From contig NC_043009.1 of NCBI RefSeq assembly GCF_006345805.1, forward strand, positions 1,054,001-1,118,000: DNA of 64,000 bases, in the 5' to 3' direction. A program made the translations under genes and the position numbers. The notes below the pieces were generated by a model that was given only the letters and a program-made list of their open reading frames with translations, did not search any database and had not been told where the DNA came from. Shown piece by piece: positions 23,385-35,998 of this stretch (position 1 is the first letter of the stretch; every line of letters begins with the position of its first letter). Source of the DNA: Octopus sinensis. Lineage: Eukaryota.

Positions 23385-24922
23385 CATCATCATCATCATC
23401 ATTTAGCGTCCGTTTTCCATGCTAGCATGGGTTGGACGGTTCAACTGGGGTCTGGGGAGCCCGAAGGCTGCACCAGGCCAGTCAGATCTGGCAGTGTTTC
23501 TACAGCTGGATGCCCTTCCTAACGCCAACCACTCCGAGAGTGTAGTGGGTGATTTTATGTGCCACCGACACAGGTGCCAGACGAGGCTGGCGAACGGCCA
23601 CGCTCGGATGGTGTTTTTATGTGCCACCGACACAGGTGCCAGACGAGGCTGGCAGACGGCCACGCTCGGATGGTGTTTTTATGTGCCACCGACACAGGTG
23701 CCAGATGAGGCTGGCGGACGGCCACGATCGGATGGTGTTTGTTACGTCCCCAAAGCACGGAGGCCAGTCTATGCGGTACTGGCTACGTCCACGTTCGGAT
23801 GATTTTCTTGTGTGCCACCGGCTCTGGTACCACAAAGATACAAATTCCATTGATGTTCATCTATTTTGATTTGTTTTGATTTGATTTGATTTTCACTTGC
23901 CTCAACAGGTCTTCACAAGTGTCACAAGAAGGAAGGTATGCACAGGTGGACTGACTACGTCCCAGGTAGGGGCCACGGGTTATGGCCTGACTAGTCTTGC
24001 CGGGTCTTCGGATGGTGTTTTTATGTGCCACCGACACAGGTGCCAGATGAGGCTGGCGAACGGCCACGATCGGATGGTGTTTGTTACGTGCCCACAGCAC
24101 GGAGGCCAGTCGATGCGGTACTGGCTACGGCCACGTTCGGATGGTTTTCTTGTGTGCCACCGGCACTGGTACCACAAAGATACAAATTCCATTGATGTTC
24201 ATCTATTTTGATTTGATTTGATTTGATTTTCACTTGCCTCAACAGGTCTTCACAAGTGTCACAAGAAGGAAGGAAGGTATGCACAGGTGGACTGACTACG
24301 TCCCAGGTAGGGGCCACGGGTTATGGCCTGACTAGTCTTGCCGGGTCTTCGGATGGTGTTTTTATGTGCCACCGACACAGGTGCCAGATGAGGCTGGCGA
24401 ACGGCCACGATCGGATGGTGTTTGTTACGTGCCCACAGCACGGAGGCCAGTCGATGCGGTACTGGCTACGGCCACGTTCGGATGGTTTTCTTGTGTGCCA
24501 CCGGCACTGGTACCACAAAGATACAAATTCCATTGATGTTCATCTATTTTGATTTGATTTGATTTGATTTTCACTTGCCTCAACAGGTCTTCACAGGTGT
24601 CACAAGAAGGAAGGAAGGTATGCACAGGTGGACTGACTACGTCCCAGGTAGGGGCCATGGGTTATGGCCTGACTAGTCTTGCCGGGTCTTCGGTTGGTGT
24701 TTTTATGTGCCACCGACACAGGTGCCAGATGAGGCTGGCGAACGGCCACGATCGGATGGTGTTTGTTATGTGCCCACATCACAGAGGCCAGTCGATGCGG
24801 TACTGGCTACGGCCACGTTCGGATGGTTTTCTTGTGTGCCACCGGTACTGGTACCACAAAGATACAAATTCCATTGATGTTCATCTATTTTGATTTGGTT
24901 TGATTTGATTTGATTTGATTTT
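23385..24922 (-). repeat. RTE 3' UTR copy with tandem expansion (array 3): 3x62-bp subunits then ~337-341-bp units
   Basis: Subunits start at 23557, 23619 and 23681; the unit landmark is at 23894, 24231 and 24572. Confidence 0.92.
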
Positions 24923-26094
24923 ATATATATATATATATATATAGCGAAAGCCACTATACACAATTTAAAACCGAAAAGGAAAAATTCAATTGTCACTAAT
25001 TGTAACTGAAGGTGCCAGGTAGCACCTATATTGCTAGAAATGAGAGTTAAAAACATTTAGAACTACAATTACACATATTTTCATACACTGACAGGGGAGA
25101 TAACTGTCCTACAGTAATGGAAAGTACCTAAGAGAGACAACTCTGAACAAATTTTATAAAGCAACAGCTTTATGTGAAATATAATCAACGTTGTTGACTG
25201 ATTTATGCTGGTAGTTCACCCTATGTGTGTATGTCTTTGTATCTGTTTATCCTCCATCACAACTTGGCAGCCGGGGTTGGTGTGTTTACGTCCCTGTAAC
25301 TTATCGGTTCAGCGAAATAATCGATAGAGTAAGTATCAGGCTTAAAACGAAAAAAAAATACTGGGGTCAATTCATTTGATTGATTTTCAAGGTGGTGCCC
25401 CAGCATGGTCGCTGTCTAAAGACTGAAACAAGTCGAAGATAGGAGATAAAAGCAAAAGTGTTGTTAAATCGTGAACATATAATGCGTGGCTGTTCTGTTT
25501 AAGGAGCTTGCTTTGTGATCATGAGGTTTCAGGTTCAATCTTAAAGTACAGCACTTTGGACAAGTATCTTTTACTGTAGTCCTGGGCTGATTAATTCTCT
25601 CTGAGTGAATTTAGATGGAAACTGCGTGGAGGCCTGTGTGTGTGTGTTGCATTTATCCTTCACCCCACTGCGTGACAACTGTGTTGGTTTGTTTACATCC
25701 TTGTAACTTTCTGGTTTGACAAAAGAGATTGACAGAATAAGCATCACCCTTAAAAAGAATAATTGCTGTGGTTGATTTGTTTGGCTAAACCCTTCAAGGC
25801 AATACCCCAGCATGGTTGCAGTCCAATGACTGAAACCAGTAAAAGGTAAAAGATATGTGAATTAGTAAATATCAAATATGTGTAAATTACTAAACCTGTG
25901 GAAGAGTCAACATAAATTGTAAGTAAATCAAGGAATATGAAATATGTATTTTAGCATTCAGAATACTTTGTCAAATTTCAAACCTATTTATTTACATTAT
26001 TTTTAATTAATCATGCATTATCTCATAGTTTTGAGATTTCAATGATGTGATTGTTTATTGTAAGAATGACATTGTAGGATAGGTATGAGAGGGT

Positions 26095-26525
26095 GGGTTT
26101 AGTCAGATTGAACATAATACATGTAGAATATTTTGGGCCAGATATGGCCAGGTTGAATATTTATTGGGTAGAATATTTTGGGCAACATATGACCAGTTTG
26201 AATATAAAACAGGTAGAATATTTGGGCCAGATATGGCCAGGTTTAATATATAACAGGTAGAATATTTGGGCCAGATATGGTCACTTTGAATATATAACAG
26301 GTAGAATATTTGGGCCAGATATAGCATGTTTGAATATATTTGGGCTAGATATGGCCAGTTTGAATATAAAACAGGTAGAATATTTGAGCCAGATATGGCC
26401 TGTTTGAATATATTTGGGTCAGATGTAGCCAGTTTAAATATAAAATATGGTATAATACTTTGGGCCAGATATGGCCAGTTTGAATATGTAGCAAGTATAA
26501 TATTTGGACCTGATGCGGCCAGACT
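26095..26525. repeat. ~41-bp minisatellite (AGGTAGAATATTTGGGCCAGATATGGCCAGTTTGAATATAAAAC), ~10-11 degenerate copies, inside a piggyBac-like MITE
   Basis: Direct reading; the monomer occurs once in other MITE copies (e.g. ~16140-16200, ~46490-46535). Confidence 0.85.
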
Positions 26526-26641
26526 GACTGTTAAAAGGTTAAACTGCAAAATATTATGTTTATGTATACAATGAGAATTACATTCAGAAAATAGTTTTTC
26601 TTTTATTTTTGATTAATTATTGCCACCATGAAATCACGAAG

Positions 26642-26860
26642 GAATTGGCTAAAGGTGAAAAGAAAGAGCTGCCATCATTTTCATCATTGAGTAATTCTGA
26701 GCACAAAGCACCATTGTTTGGAAAACAAGATAAGTTAGAAGACATTAAACCTGTGAAGGATGGTAATGATAGCTTCACGCAATGGAGGGACAGTCCAGTC
26801 AAAGATACTTCAAGGCAGAAGGAGAAAGCCAATCTTACATCTGCTCTTCAAAAACAAAAG
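26642..26860 (+). CDS. TTF2: TTF2 coding exon 6 (ELAKGEKKELPS...ANLTSALQKQK); 5' boundary uncertain
   Basis: Open coding-like frame inside ORF 26609..26980, with AAG|GTTTGT donor in phase 0 leading into the LPDKG exon. The acceptor is weak: AAG at 26639-26641, or an in-frame CAG ending at 26587. Confidence 0.72.
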
Positions 26861-27987
26861 GTTTGTGATAAATTTAATGGTGATCTTTTAGATGGTTGTG
26901 GTGGTTGTTGTTGTTGTTTACTTTTAATATGCATGTTTGTTACAATTACTCACCGAGACGCACCCAGCGTCCTGGAGTGAGTGAAGGATAAAAGATGTTA
27001 CAGTATGACTGGAAACTTGGGGAGGGCATGATGCTTCCCTACTATTCCCCAACATAATTGACTCGCCATCTCCCGTAAAATTTCAGGCTTTCTGCCTATA
27101 GTAGAAATGATGATTATTGTTGTTGTTATCATTATTCTTATTAAGTTGGCAAGCTGGCAGAATCGTAAGCACACTAGACGAAATGCTTAGCGATATTTTG
27201 CCTGCTGCTACGTTCTGAGTTCAAATTCCACCAAGTTCGACTTTACTTTTCATCCTTTTGAGGGTCAATAAATTAATTATCAGTCGAGTACTGGGGTTGA
27301 TGTAATTGTCTATCACCATCCCCCAAATTTCAGGCCTTGTGCCTAAAATACGAAGGAATATTATTATTATTATTGTTATTGTTATTTATTTCTTTATTGC
27401 CCACAGGGGGCTAAACATAGAGGGGACAAACAAGGACAGACAAAGGCTTTAAGTCGATTACATCGGCCCCAGTGAATAACTGGTACTTATTTTATTGACC
27501 CTGAAAGGATGAAAGGCACAGTCGACCTTGGCAGAGTTTGAACTCAGGACGTAACGGCAGACGAAATACCTCTAAGCATTTTGCCCGGTGTGCTAATGAT
27601 TCTGCCAGTTCACTACCCTATTATTATTATTATTAATACTACTAAGGCAGTGAGCTGGTAGAATTGTTAGTGCGCTGGACGAAATGCTTAGTGGTATTTC
27701 GTCTATGGCTATGTTCTGAGTTCAAATTCTGCCGAGGTTGATTTTACCTTTCTTCCTTTCAGGATCGATAAATTAAGTATCATTTGCGTACTGGGGTCAA
27801 TCTCATCATCTGGTCCCCTCCCCCAAAATTTTGGGCCTTGTGCCTAGAGTAGAAAAGATTATTTTTATTATTATTATTATTATTTTTATTATTATTATTA
27901 TCATTCGAGGGCTGAAGCAGTGCGAGCGCATTGTGGCCGGCGATGTGTGATAGCATCTGATGGTCTGGTCGGTCGCGTGATCACGTG

Positions 27988-28024
<37 letters not shown>

Positions 28025-28782
28025 CATAGGTGTGGGTGGCACGTAAAAAGCACTCACTACACTCACGGAGTGGTTGGCGTTAGGAAGGGCATCCAGCCGT
28101 AGAAACACTGCCAGATCAGACTGGGCCTGGTGCAGCCTTCTGGCTTCACAGACCGCAGTTGAACCGTCCAACCCATGCTAGCATGGAAAGCGGATGCTAA
28201 ATGATGATGATGATGATGATGATTATTATTATTATTATTATTATCATCATATGCGTAGGAGTGGCCGTGTGGTAAGTAGCTTGCTTACCAACCACATGAT
28301 TCTGGGTTCAGTCCCACTGCACGGCACCTTGGGCATGTGTCTTCTTCTATAGCCTCGGGCCGACCAAAGCCTTGTGAGTGGATTTGGTAGATGGAAACTG
28401 AAAGAAGCCCGTCGTATATATGTATATATATATATGTGTGTGTATGTTTATGTGTCTGTGATTGTCCCCCCCCAACACACACATATGTACATACTAGCAG
28501 AAATAGAACAAGGGGCGTCAGAGCTGGAATAGTTGAACAATGTGAGAGGTTACAACAGGTAGGCAAAAATTCAAAAAGGTAATACTCAAAATATAATCAC
28601 AAAAAAATTAAAAAAAAATAGCAAAAATGTTGTAATAGGGAATCCTGTATCAAGAAAAGAAGTGGACGACTAATGTTTTGAGTGAACGCCTTATCAATGT
28701 ATTGGAAGAAGAAAGAAATGAGCAAAAAAAAAAGAAATATAAAAGAAATATAACTGTTTAAAACACAAGCACCTTTTGAACA

Positions 28783-29004
28783 CATGAGGTAGTGCTGAAA
28801 GGTTCCTGGTTTTAGGGGTGTCACGAACTGCCTGGCTGGAGGCCCAACCTTCCAAGTTCTTTTACAGGGCTTAGAAAAAATTGACGGACCACTGCAATAA
28901 GTGTGTGAATCTGAGAGGGGAACATGTTGGATAAAAACATCATTAACTGACCCTCCCGTATATTCTTTTACTCAAAGCCAGGAACTTTTCAGCACCTCCT
29001 CATG
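28783..29004. mobile_element. Mariner-derived MITE (~220 bp); second copy at 54705-54923
   Basis: Imperfect TIRs (GAGG...TGCTGAAAAG.TCCTGG.TTT) and a shared mariner 3'-end body (GGACCA.TGCA.TA.GTGTGTGAAT.TGAGAGGGG). Confidence 0.7.
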
Positions 29005-29321
29005 TGCTGCAGAATGGTTTCTTGACATCACGTGATAGTTTTAAATGAGTGTAATTGTTGTACAAACAGTGTCCTTCGTGTCCAGTTTTCTGTGAGAACA
29101 TATCTGACTATGAGGAAATATCTTGCTCGGAAATAGGTGAGGGTTGTTAACAGGTGGGCAGCCAGCCATTGAAACTTCACTTAAAGAAATTCTATCCAAC
29201 CTGAGTCTAGAAAAATAGACATTAAAAAAAAAATTAAATATTAATAAAAATTAGCAATGAAATACTGTATGCATGGGTGAGAGGTATGTATACCTAATTT
29301 CTCTGATTGTCTGTAATACAG

Positions 29322-29451
29322 GAGCTGTTGTCTCGTGTGCAGTTGTCAGCTCTCCCTGACAAAGGTGCCCGTCTCAAAGAAAATATTCAACACTTGGAAA
29401 GTAAGATCCAAAATATAGATCTGAATAAAGATGTTTCCAGAAGTTCTAAGA
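29322..29451 (+). CDS. TTF2: TTF2 coding exon 7 (ELLSRVQLSALPDKGARLKENIQHLESKI...)
   Basis: TACAG acceptor, GTAAGT donor, conserved LPDKG motif, phase 0-1. Confidence 0.92.
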
Positions 29452-30234
29452 GTAAGTTTTATTTTCAAATATTCTCCTACCTTATCACACTTGGATCACT
29501 GCTTATTTTATATTTTTGTTACTTGTTTGAAGCAAATTTTTCATGCTTAATTTTCTTATTTCATTACTGCCCACAACGGGCTAAACTTAGAGGGGACAAG
29601 CAAGGACAGACAAAGGGATTAAGTTGATTAAGCGTAACTGGTACTTAATTTATCGACCCCGAAAGGATGAAAGGCAAAGTCGACCTCGGCGGAATTTGAA
29701 CTCAGAACGTAACGGCAGACGAAATACCGCTAAGCATTTCACCCGGCGTGCTAACGTTTCTGCCAGCTCACCGTCTTTCATGCTTAGTTTTCTATCTACA
29801 CCCAAGGGAGTGGGTGGTTTGAGGCAAGTCTTCCTGCGTTGTAACGGGCTAGCTGAGTATTATAGAGAGTGGTGTGAAGCGACTAGAGTATTATGTTCTA
29901 TCATATTTGTCTACTGAATCAAATAGTGTTACGTTTTATATTATAGTGTAAGGGGAATATTGTAGTATAAGGGGGCTTGAAGCAAGTACAATATTGTGTT
30001 ATAACTAGGATTGAAGCAAGTATGGTATTGTATTTTATATTATAGGGTAGATGAAAGTAAGGAGAATATTGTGTTCTTTTCTTTTAACCTCTGGTCAGTC
30101 CTGATCTAAAACATTTTAGACATGACCATCCTAATACTTTTTTTCTTCTAGAAGTAATGTCTTTAGATTTACATTATTCAATGTGTCCATTCTTTATTAA
30201 GACAGTTTGTGATCTTAGAAAGATTTAGACACTA

Positions 30235-30839
30235 AGGCGGCGAGCTGGCAGAATCGTTAGCATGCCAGGCGAAATGCTTAGCGGTATTTCGTCTACCGTT
30301 ACGTTCTGAGTTCAAATTCCGCTGAGGTCGACTTTGCCTTTCATCCTTTCAGGGTCGATTAAATAAGTACCATTTACGCACTGGGGTCAATATAATCGAC
30401 TTAATCCGTTTGTCTGTCCTTGTTTGTCCTCTCTGTGTTTAGCCCCTTGTGGGTAGTAAAGAAATAGAAATAGGTATTTGGTCTGCCGTTACGTTCTGAG
30501 TTCAAATTCCGCCGAGGTCGACTTTGCCTTTCATCCTTTCGGGGTCGATTAAATAAGTACCAGTTACGCACTGGGGTCGATGTAATCGACTTAATCCGTT
30601 TGTCTGTCCTTGTTTGTCCCCTCTGTGTTTAGCCCCTTGTGGGTAGTAAAGAAATAGGTATTTCGTCTGTCATTATGTTCTGCATTCAAATTCCGCCGAG
30701 GTCGACTTTGCCTTTCATCCTTCCGGGGTCGATAAATTAAGTACCAGTTACTCACTGAGGTTGATGTAATCGACTTAATCCCTTTGTCTGTCCTTATTTG
30801 TCCCCTCTATGTTTAGCCCCTTGTGGACAATAAAGAAAT
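30235..30839 (+). mobile_element. Head-to-tail trimer of a tRNA-derived SINE flanked by one 15-bp TSD
   Basis: Three units each end ...GCCCCTTGTGG..A.TAAAGAAATA; AAGATTTAGACACTA at 30220-30234 and 30840-30854. Confidence 0.88.
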
Positions 30840-31424
30840 AAGATTTAGACACTATTTCTAACAGGTAAAGCAACTACATAGGAGCTCTTTCGATGATCAG
30901 TGAATGTTGTTGTTTCCTATATTGTAGACTGGAGAAAGCAGAGCATTATTTATGTGAAACAAGTAGAGCATTGTTTACATATAAGTTGGACTGAGCTATG
31001 TTATGTATAAGGTGGGCTGAAACATGTGTCTTATTTCTTTTCCTGTGTGGTGGACTGAGGCAAGCAGGCAGAGATTTATCGACTGTGTATTTCTATATTG
31101 GGTGCACTAAAGCAAGCAGAATTGTATGTTATAGAATGTCTTTTCTTATAGTGTCACAAGCAAACATGTATATCTTGGTCAGTTGTTTAACCCAAGGCCT
31201 GGTCTGATTGAGCACACATAAAAGCATCCCAACCGTGACTGTCCTGTTCTATTTTTAACATAGTAGAGTGCAGTTTGGGAGAAATTTGGCTGAATGACCT
31301 TATCGAGAAGCTTTTGTTGCTTGGACTCATAGATGTGTCCATAAAACAGTGAGTCAGGGATGCAAACATATCTTTCCATAAAATGAGATAAAATAAATTA
31401 AAACGTTAAACATTTTTTTTTTCA

Positions 31425-32395
31425 TCATCGTTTAACGTCCGCTTTCCATGCTAGCATGGGTTGGACGATTTTGACTGAGGGCTGGCAAACCAGATGGCTG
31501 CACCAGGCTCCAATCTGATCTGGCAGAGTTTCTACAGCTGGATGCCTTTCCGAATGCCAACCACTCTGAGAGTGTAGTGGGTGCTTTTATGTGCCACCGG
31601 CACAATGGCCAGTCAGGCAGGACTGGCAACGGCCACGCTCAAATGATGTTTTTCACATGCCACCTGCACAGGAGCCAGTCCAGCAGCACTTGCAACAACC
31701 TCGCTCAGATGTCCTTTCATGTGCCACCGGCACGGAATCAAGTCAGCTGCTCTGGCAACGATCACGCTTGGATGGGGCTCTTAGCACTCCACTGGCACAG
31801 GTGCCAGTCATTGAATTTGATTTAATTTCGATTTCACTTGCCTCAACAGGTCTTCGCAAGCAGAGTTTAGTGTCCAATGAAGGAAAGGTATGCATAAGTC
31901 AGCTGGTTACACCCCTGGCATAGGCCACAGGTTATGGTCTCATTTGGCTTGCTGGGTTTTCTCAAGCACAGCATATTTCCAAAAGTCCCGGTCACTAGTC
32001 ATTGTCTCGGTGAGACCTAATGTTCAAGGGTTGTGCTTCACCACCTTATTCCAGGTCTTCCTGGATCTACCTCTTCCACAGGTTCCCTCAACCACTAGGA
32101 TGTGGCACTTTTTCACACAGCTATCCTCATCCATTCTCGCTACATGACCATACCAGCGCAGTCTCTCTTGCATATCACATCTGATGCTTCTTAGGTCCAA
32201 CTTTTTTCTCAAGGTACTTACACTCTGTCGATTATGAACACTGACATTACACATCCATCGGAGCATACTGGCTTCATTCCTTGTGAGCTTACGCATGTCC
32301 TCAGCAGTCACGGCCCATGTTTTACTGCCATGTAACATGGCTGTTCGTACACATGCATCATACAGTCTACCTTTTACTCTGAGCGACAGGCCCTA
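31425..32395 (-). mobile_element. 5'-truncated RTE LINE (ORF2 C-terminus plus unexpanded 3' UTR)
   Basis: ORF 32024..32338 (MLHGSKTWAVTAEDMRKL...LRWYGHV) continues into the UTR and a (GAT)n tail. Confidence 0.88.
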
Positions 32396-32420
32396 AGTAA
32401 TTTCTCTTTCTTCCCCTCAG

Positions 32421-32504
32421 CACATAATGAACCCGAAATCATCAGAGTGCATCCACCAAATGAACCAGGAGGTCAACCCATACACAAAACAGTGAAAAAG
32501 CCAA
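32421..32504 (+). CDS. TTF2: TTF2 coding exon 8, copy A (HNEPEIIRVHPPNEPGGQPIHKTVKKP)
   Basis: CCCTCAG acceptor, GTATGT donor, 84 nt, phase 1-1; identical to copy B at 34010-34093. Confidence 0.7.
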
Positions 32505-33117
32505 GTATGTATGAGATTAGTTTTACTTCATTTATGAGTGACCGGTTATATATTACAAGTTTTGAAATGAGCCCAAGAGACAAACTAATCCAAATGAATA
32601 GGGGTTCCTGGCACAATGGTTAGGGTATCGAGCTCCCAGCTCAAATCCTGTAAATTCAAATCCTGCTATACTGTTATAAATAACGTTTGCTCTCATCAGC
32701 CTGAATGTAATTGCACTGTGTTCCTGCCGGAGTGGGAATAGTTTAAACGTATTCTCTACCAGATTCCTGTTAAAGCAGTCACGAACAAGAAATATAGAAA
32801 AAGATGATAAAATACTAAAATTAGACGACTGATTACATTGTAGTTTTGTAGCCAAGTGTGTTTATGCCTCATTGTTAACAGTGTCCCTCATACCTGTTGC
32901 TTACTTTTGTTTTTAATTGGGGAAAAAAAAACAGATTTATTTTTTGTGATGAAATGAGTGTGATAAACCTAGCACTTTGGTAAACAAGCAAAACCTAGAC
33001 TCTTTGGAGTTGACGAAATTATCAATGATGTTTATTCTTCAAACAAAGAGTTTATCCTCATGCAGACAATGAGATTGATTCTGACAATCAAACTGGTGAA
33101 AGTGATGAGGAAAGTAG

Positions 33118-33524
33118 GGATCTTTTCGGTTTGAACAGCAGTTTTTTTCTAGCGGTGTCATATGAAATTATCACCCATAATTATGACCCTAGAATCGATC
33201 TATTGCACTTCAATCTCTTTTAGGGTTAGGGGAAGGATATCTTTTTTTCTTCACAAATGTAAATAAACCCAATCTGTTTCTTAAACGAGGGACTTTTTCA
33301 TACGGGCACAGAATGCTTTTTACCTCAATAGACGTCACTGATTGGTTGAAATTGCAGAAATTGAAGAAAACAAAACAACAAATATCTTACAAACTATAGA
33401 ATTTTCTCAATAAAGGCAAGAGAAAAAGATATTTTATAAACACATTCTACCAGTATACAAAGTTTAAAATTTTTTAATTACCTAGAAATTATGTTAAAAA
33501 CTGCTGTTCAAACCGAAAAGATCC
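33118..33524. mobile_element. MITE with perfect 29-bp TIRs and 8-bp TSD
   Basis: TIR GGATCTTTTCGGTTTGAACAGCAGTTTTT; GAAAGTAG at 33110-33117 and 33525-33532. Confidence 0.9.
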
Positions 33525-34009
33525 GAAAGTAGTGATACAGGTGAACAAATATGATAGTTGAGAGACAGACTTCTTATTCTTATGAATTTCTTTTTGCAAT
33601 TCTATCTATTAGTTTGCCTGTAATGAACAAATATGGTAATTGAGAGAAAGGTCTGTTATTGCTGTTCACCTGAATATTTCTGCGATTCTGTCTATTAGTC
33701 TTCCTAACAAATATGGTAGTAGAGAGAAGGGCCTGTTATTATTATTCTCCTGAATTTTTTTCTGATTCTGTCCATTGAACAAATGCAGTAGTTGTGAGAG
33801 AGGCTTATTATTGTTATTCTGAATTTTTTTTGTGATTCTGCAATCGTTACTCTTGAGCTGCGTATGCAACTATTTTTTTAGCTTGGGAGTCCAGGTGGAG
33901 GGTAAAGTTAGATGCCGGGTCCTAGGCCTGTGAGGGTTAAGCATAGTTCACTCTTGCTCCTTACAGCAAAAGCTTTCCATCTGTCTTAATTTCTCTTTCT
34001 TCCCCTCAG

Positions 34010-34093
34010 CACATAATGAACCCGAAATCATCAGAGTGCATCCACCAAATGAACCAGGAGGTCAACCCATACACAAAACAGTGAAAAAGCCAA
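34010..34093 (+). CDS. TTF2: TTF2 coding exon 8, copy B (identical duplicate)
   Basis: Same 84 nt and same splice sites as 32421-32504. Confidence 0.7.
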
Positions 34094-34908
34094 GTATGTA
34101 TGAGATTAGTTTTACTTCATTTATGAGTGACCGGTTATATATTACAAGTTTTGAAATGAGCCCAAGAGACAAACTAATCCAAATGAATAGGGGTTCCTGG
34201 CACAATGGTTAGGGTCCAGTGCCTTGCAAAAGTCTACACCCCCCACTTGAAAACTGGATGTATTTTGTTTATTTTGATAGGAACAATTAATATTTTAAAC
34301 TCCTATAATTTGCTTTAATAAGCAGATCTATCTCACTTTTATTTAGTACACAAAATACAATGCCTGGCACAATGGTTAGGGTATTGAGCTGCCAAATCAA
34401 AGCATGTAAGTTCACGTCCTACTGTACTGTTATAAATAATGTTTACAGTCATCATGTCCCTGGTATGGCGAGAGTAGTCTAAATGTAATCTCTTCTGGAT
34501 CCCTGTTAATGTGCTAAAGAATATGAAATGTAGAAAAAGAAGATAAAACTGTATGGCTGCAAAGTAAGTTTGTTAACAACCACACAACCATGATTGTAAC
34601 ATCTTGGTTGGAGAGAGACTCCCTCATCTCCAAGCTATGTGCCGCCTTCCAACACAGGAATATCCATAAGTAATTACTGAATGCAAAGAAAGAAAAAAAA
34701 AATGAAGAAGAGAAAGAAAACTATTAGAATTTTTGTCCAATTTTTTTTCTCTAGTTTTATTAAGTAGTCATGGCTATGTGGTAAGAAGCTTGCTTTGCAA
34801 CCACATGGTTCTGGGTTCAGTCTCACTGTGTGGCATCTTGGTCCTTGGGCCCACTAAATCCTTTTAAGCGGACTTGGTAAATGGAAACTGACAGATGCCT
34901 GTCGTGTG

Positions 34909-34939
<31 letters not shown>

Positions 34940-35998
34940 TTGTCCTCCACCACGCACTTGACAACCAGTGTTGATGTATTTATGTCTTTGTAACTTAGCA
35001 GTTCAGCAAAAGTGCCCAATAGAATAAGTACCAGACTTAAATGAAAAGTGATTAAAAATTCAAGGCAGTACTCCAGCATGGCCGCAGTCAAATGACTGAA
35101 ACAAGTAAAGGATAAACGGTAACTGTTTTAGCCTACATCTGTAGTTCTCAACCAGGTTTCATATTAGGTTTTTGGGGTACTCACAAGAATAATAGTAAAC
35201 TGGGGACCCACTGCAGTATTTTAAGGGACCATAAAGAAAGAAAAAACTGATTTAGATGTATTTATTGCAAGAAACAGGTCTCAGTTTCTTTCTCTACTAT
35301 TTTACAGAGTTTACCATGTTTCTGGCCATTGAAACGTGCTCTCTCGGAGAGTTCTATTACAAACCTATACAAGTGAACGGGTGAAAAGCAAAATAGGGAT
35401 TTCGAAAGGATATCAGGTGTGACTGCTTGGTAAGAAGCTTGCTTCTCAACCACATGGTTCCAGGTTCTATCCTACTGCATGGAACTTTGGGCAGGTGTCT
35501 TCTACTATAGCATCAGGTCAACCAAAGCCTTCTGAGTGGATTTAGTAGGCGGAAACTGAAAGTAGCTAGTCAATATACATACATACATATGTATGTGTGT
35601 GTATCTATGTATATATGTGTATGTATGGGTATGTATATCTGTGTGTCTTTGTGTTTGTCCTCCCGTCACTGCTTGACAGCCAGTGTTGGTGTGTTTATGT
35701 ACCCATAACTTAGTGGTTCAGTAAAAGACACAAATAGAATAAGTACTCCGCTTAAAAAAGAAATATAAAGCGAGTCCTGGGGTCGATTTATTTGGCTAAA
35801 ACCCATCAAGGCAGTGCTCCAGCATGACCACAGTCAGATGACGGAAACCAGTATAAGATAAAAGGTAAAACTAGTTTTTAAACATCGAATGGCTGTGGGG
35901 ATCCGCCAGAGTGAAACGGTAATCAAAGGAGTCCATAGTTAAAAAATAGTTGGGAGCCACTGATTTACATGATTTGTGAATTTCATTTCTTTCTCCAG

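Noticed and set aside
23541-24922. The ~340-bp tandem units as hammerhead retrozymes
   Set aside because: The size fits, but the best match (CAGATGA-GGCTGGC-GAAC) lacks a proper core and stem II, and I found no CTGANGA...GAAA on either strand of the unit.
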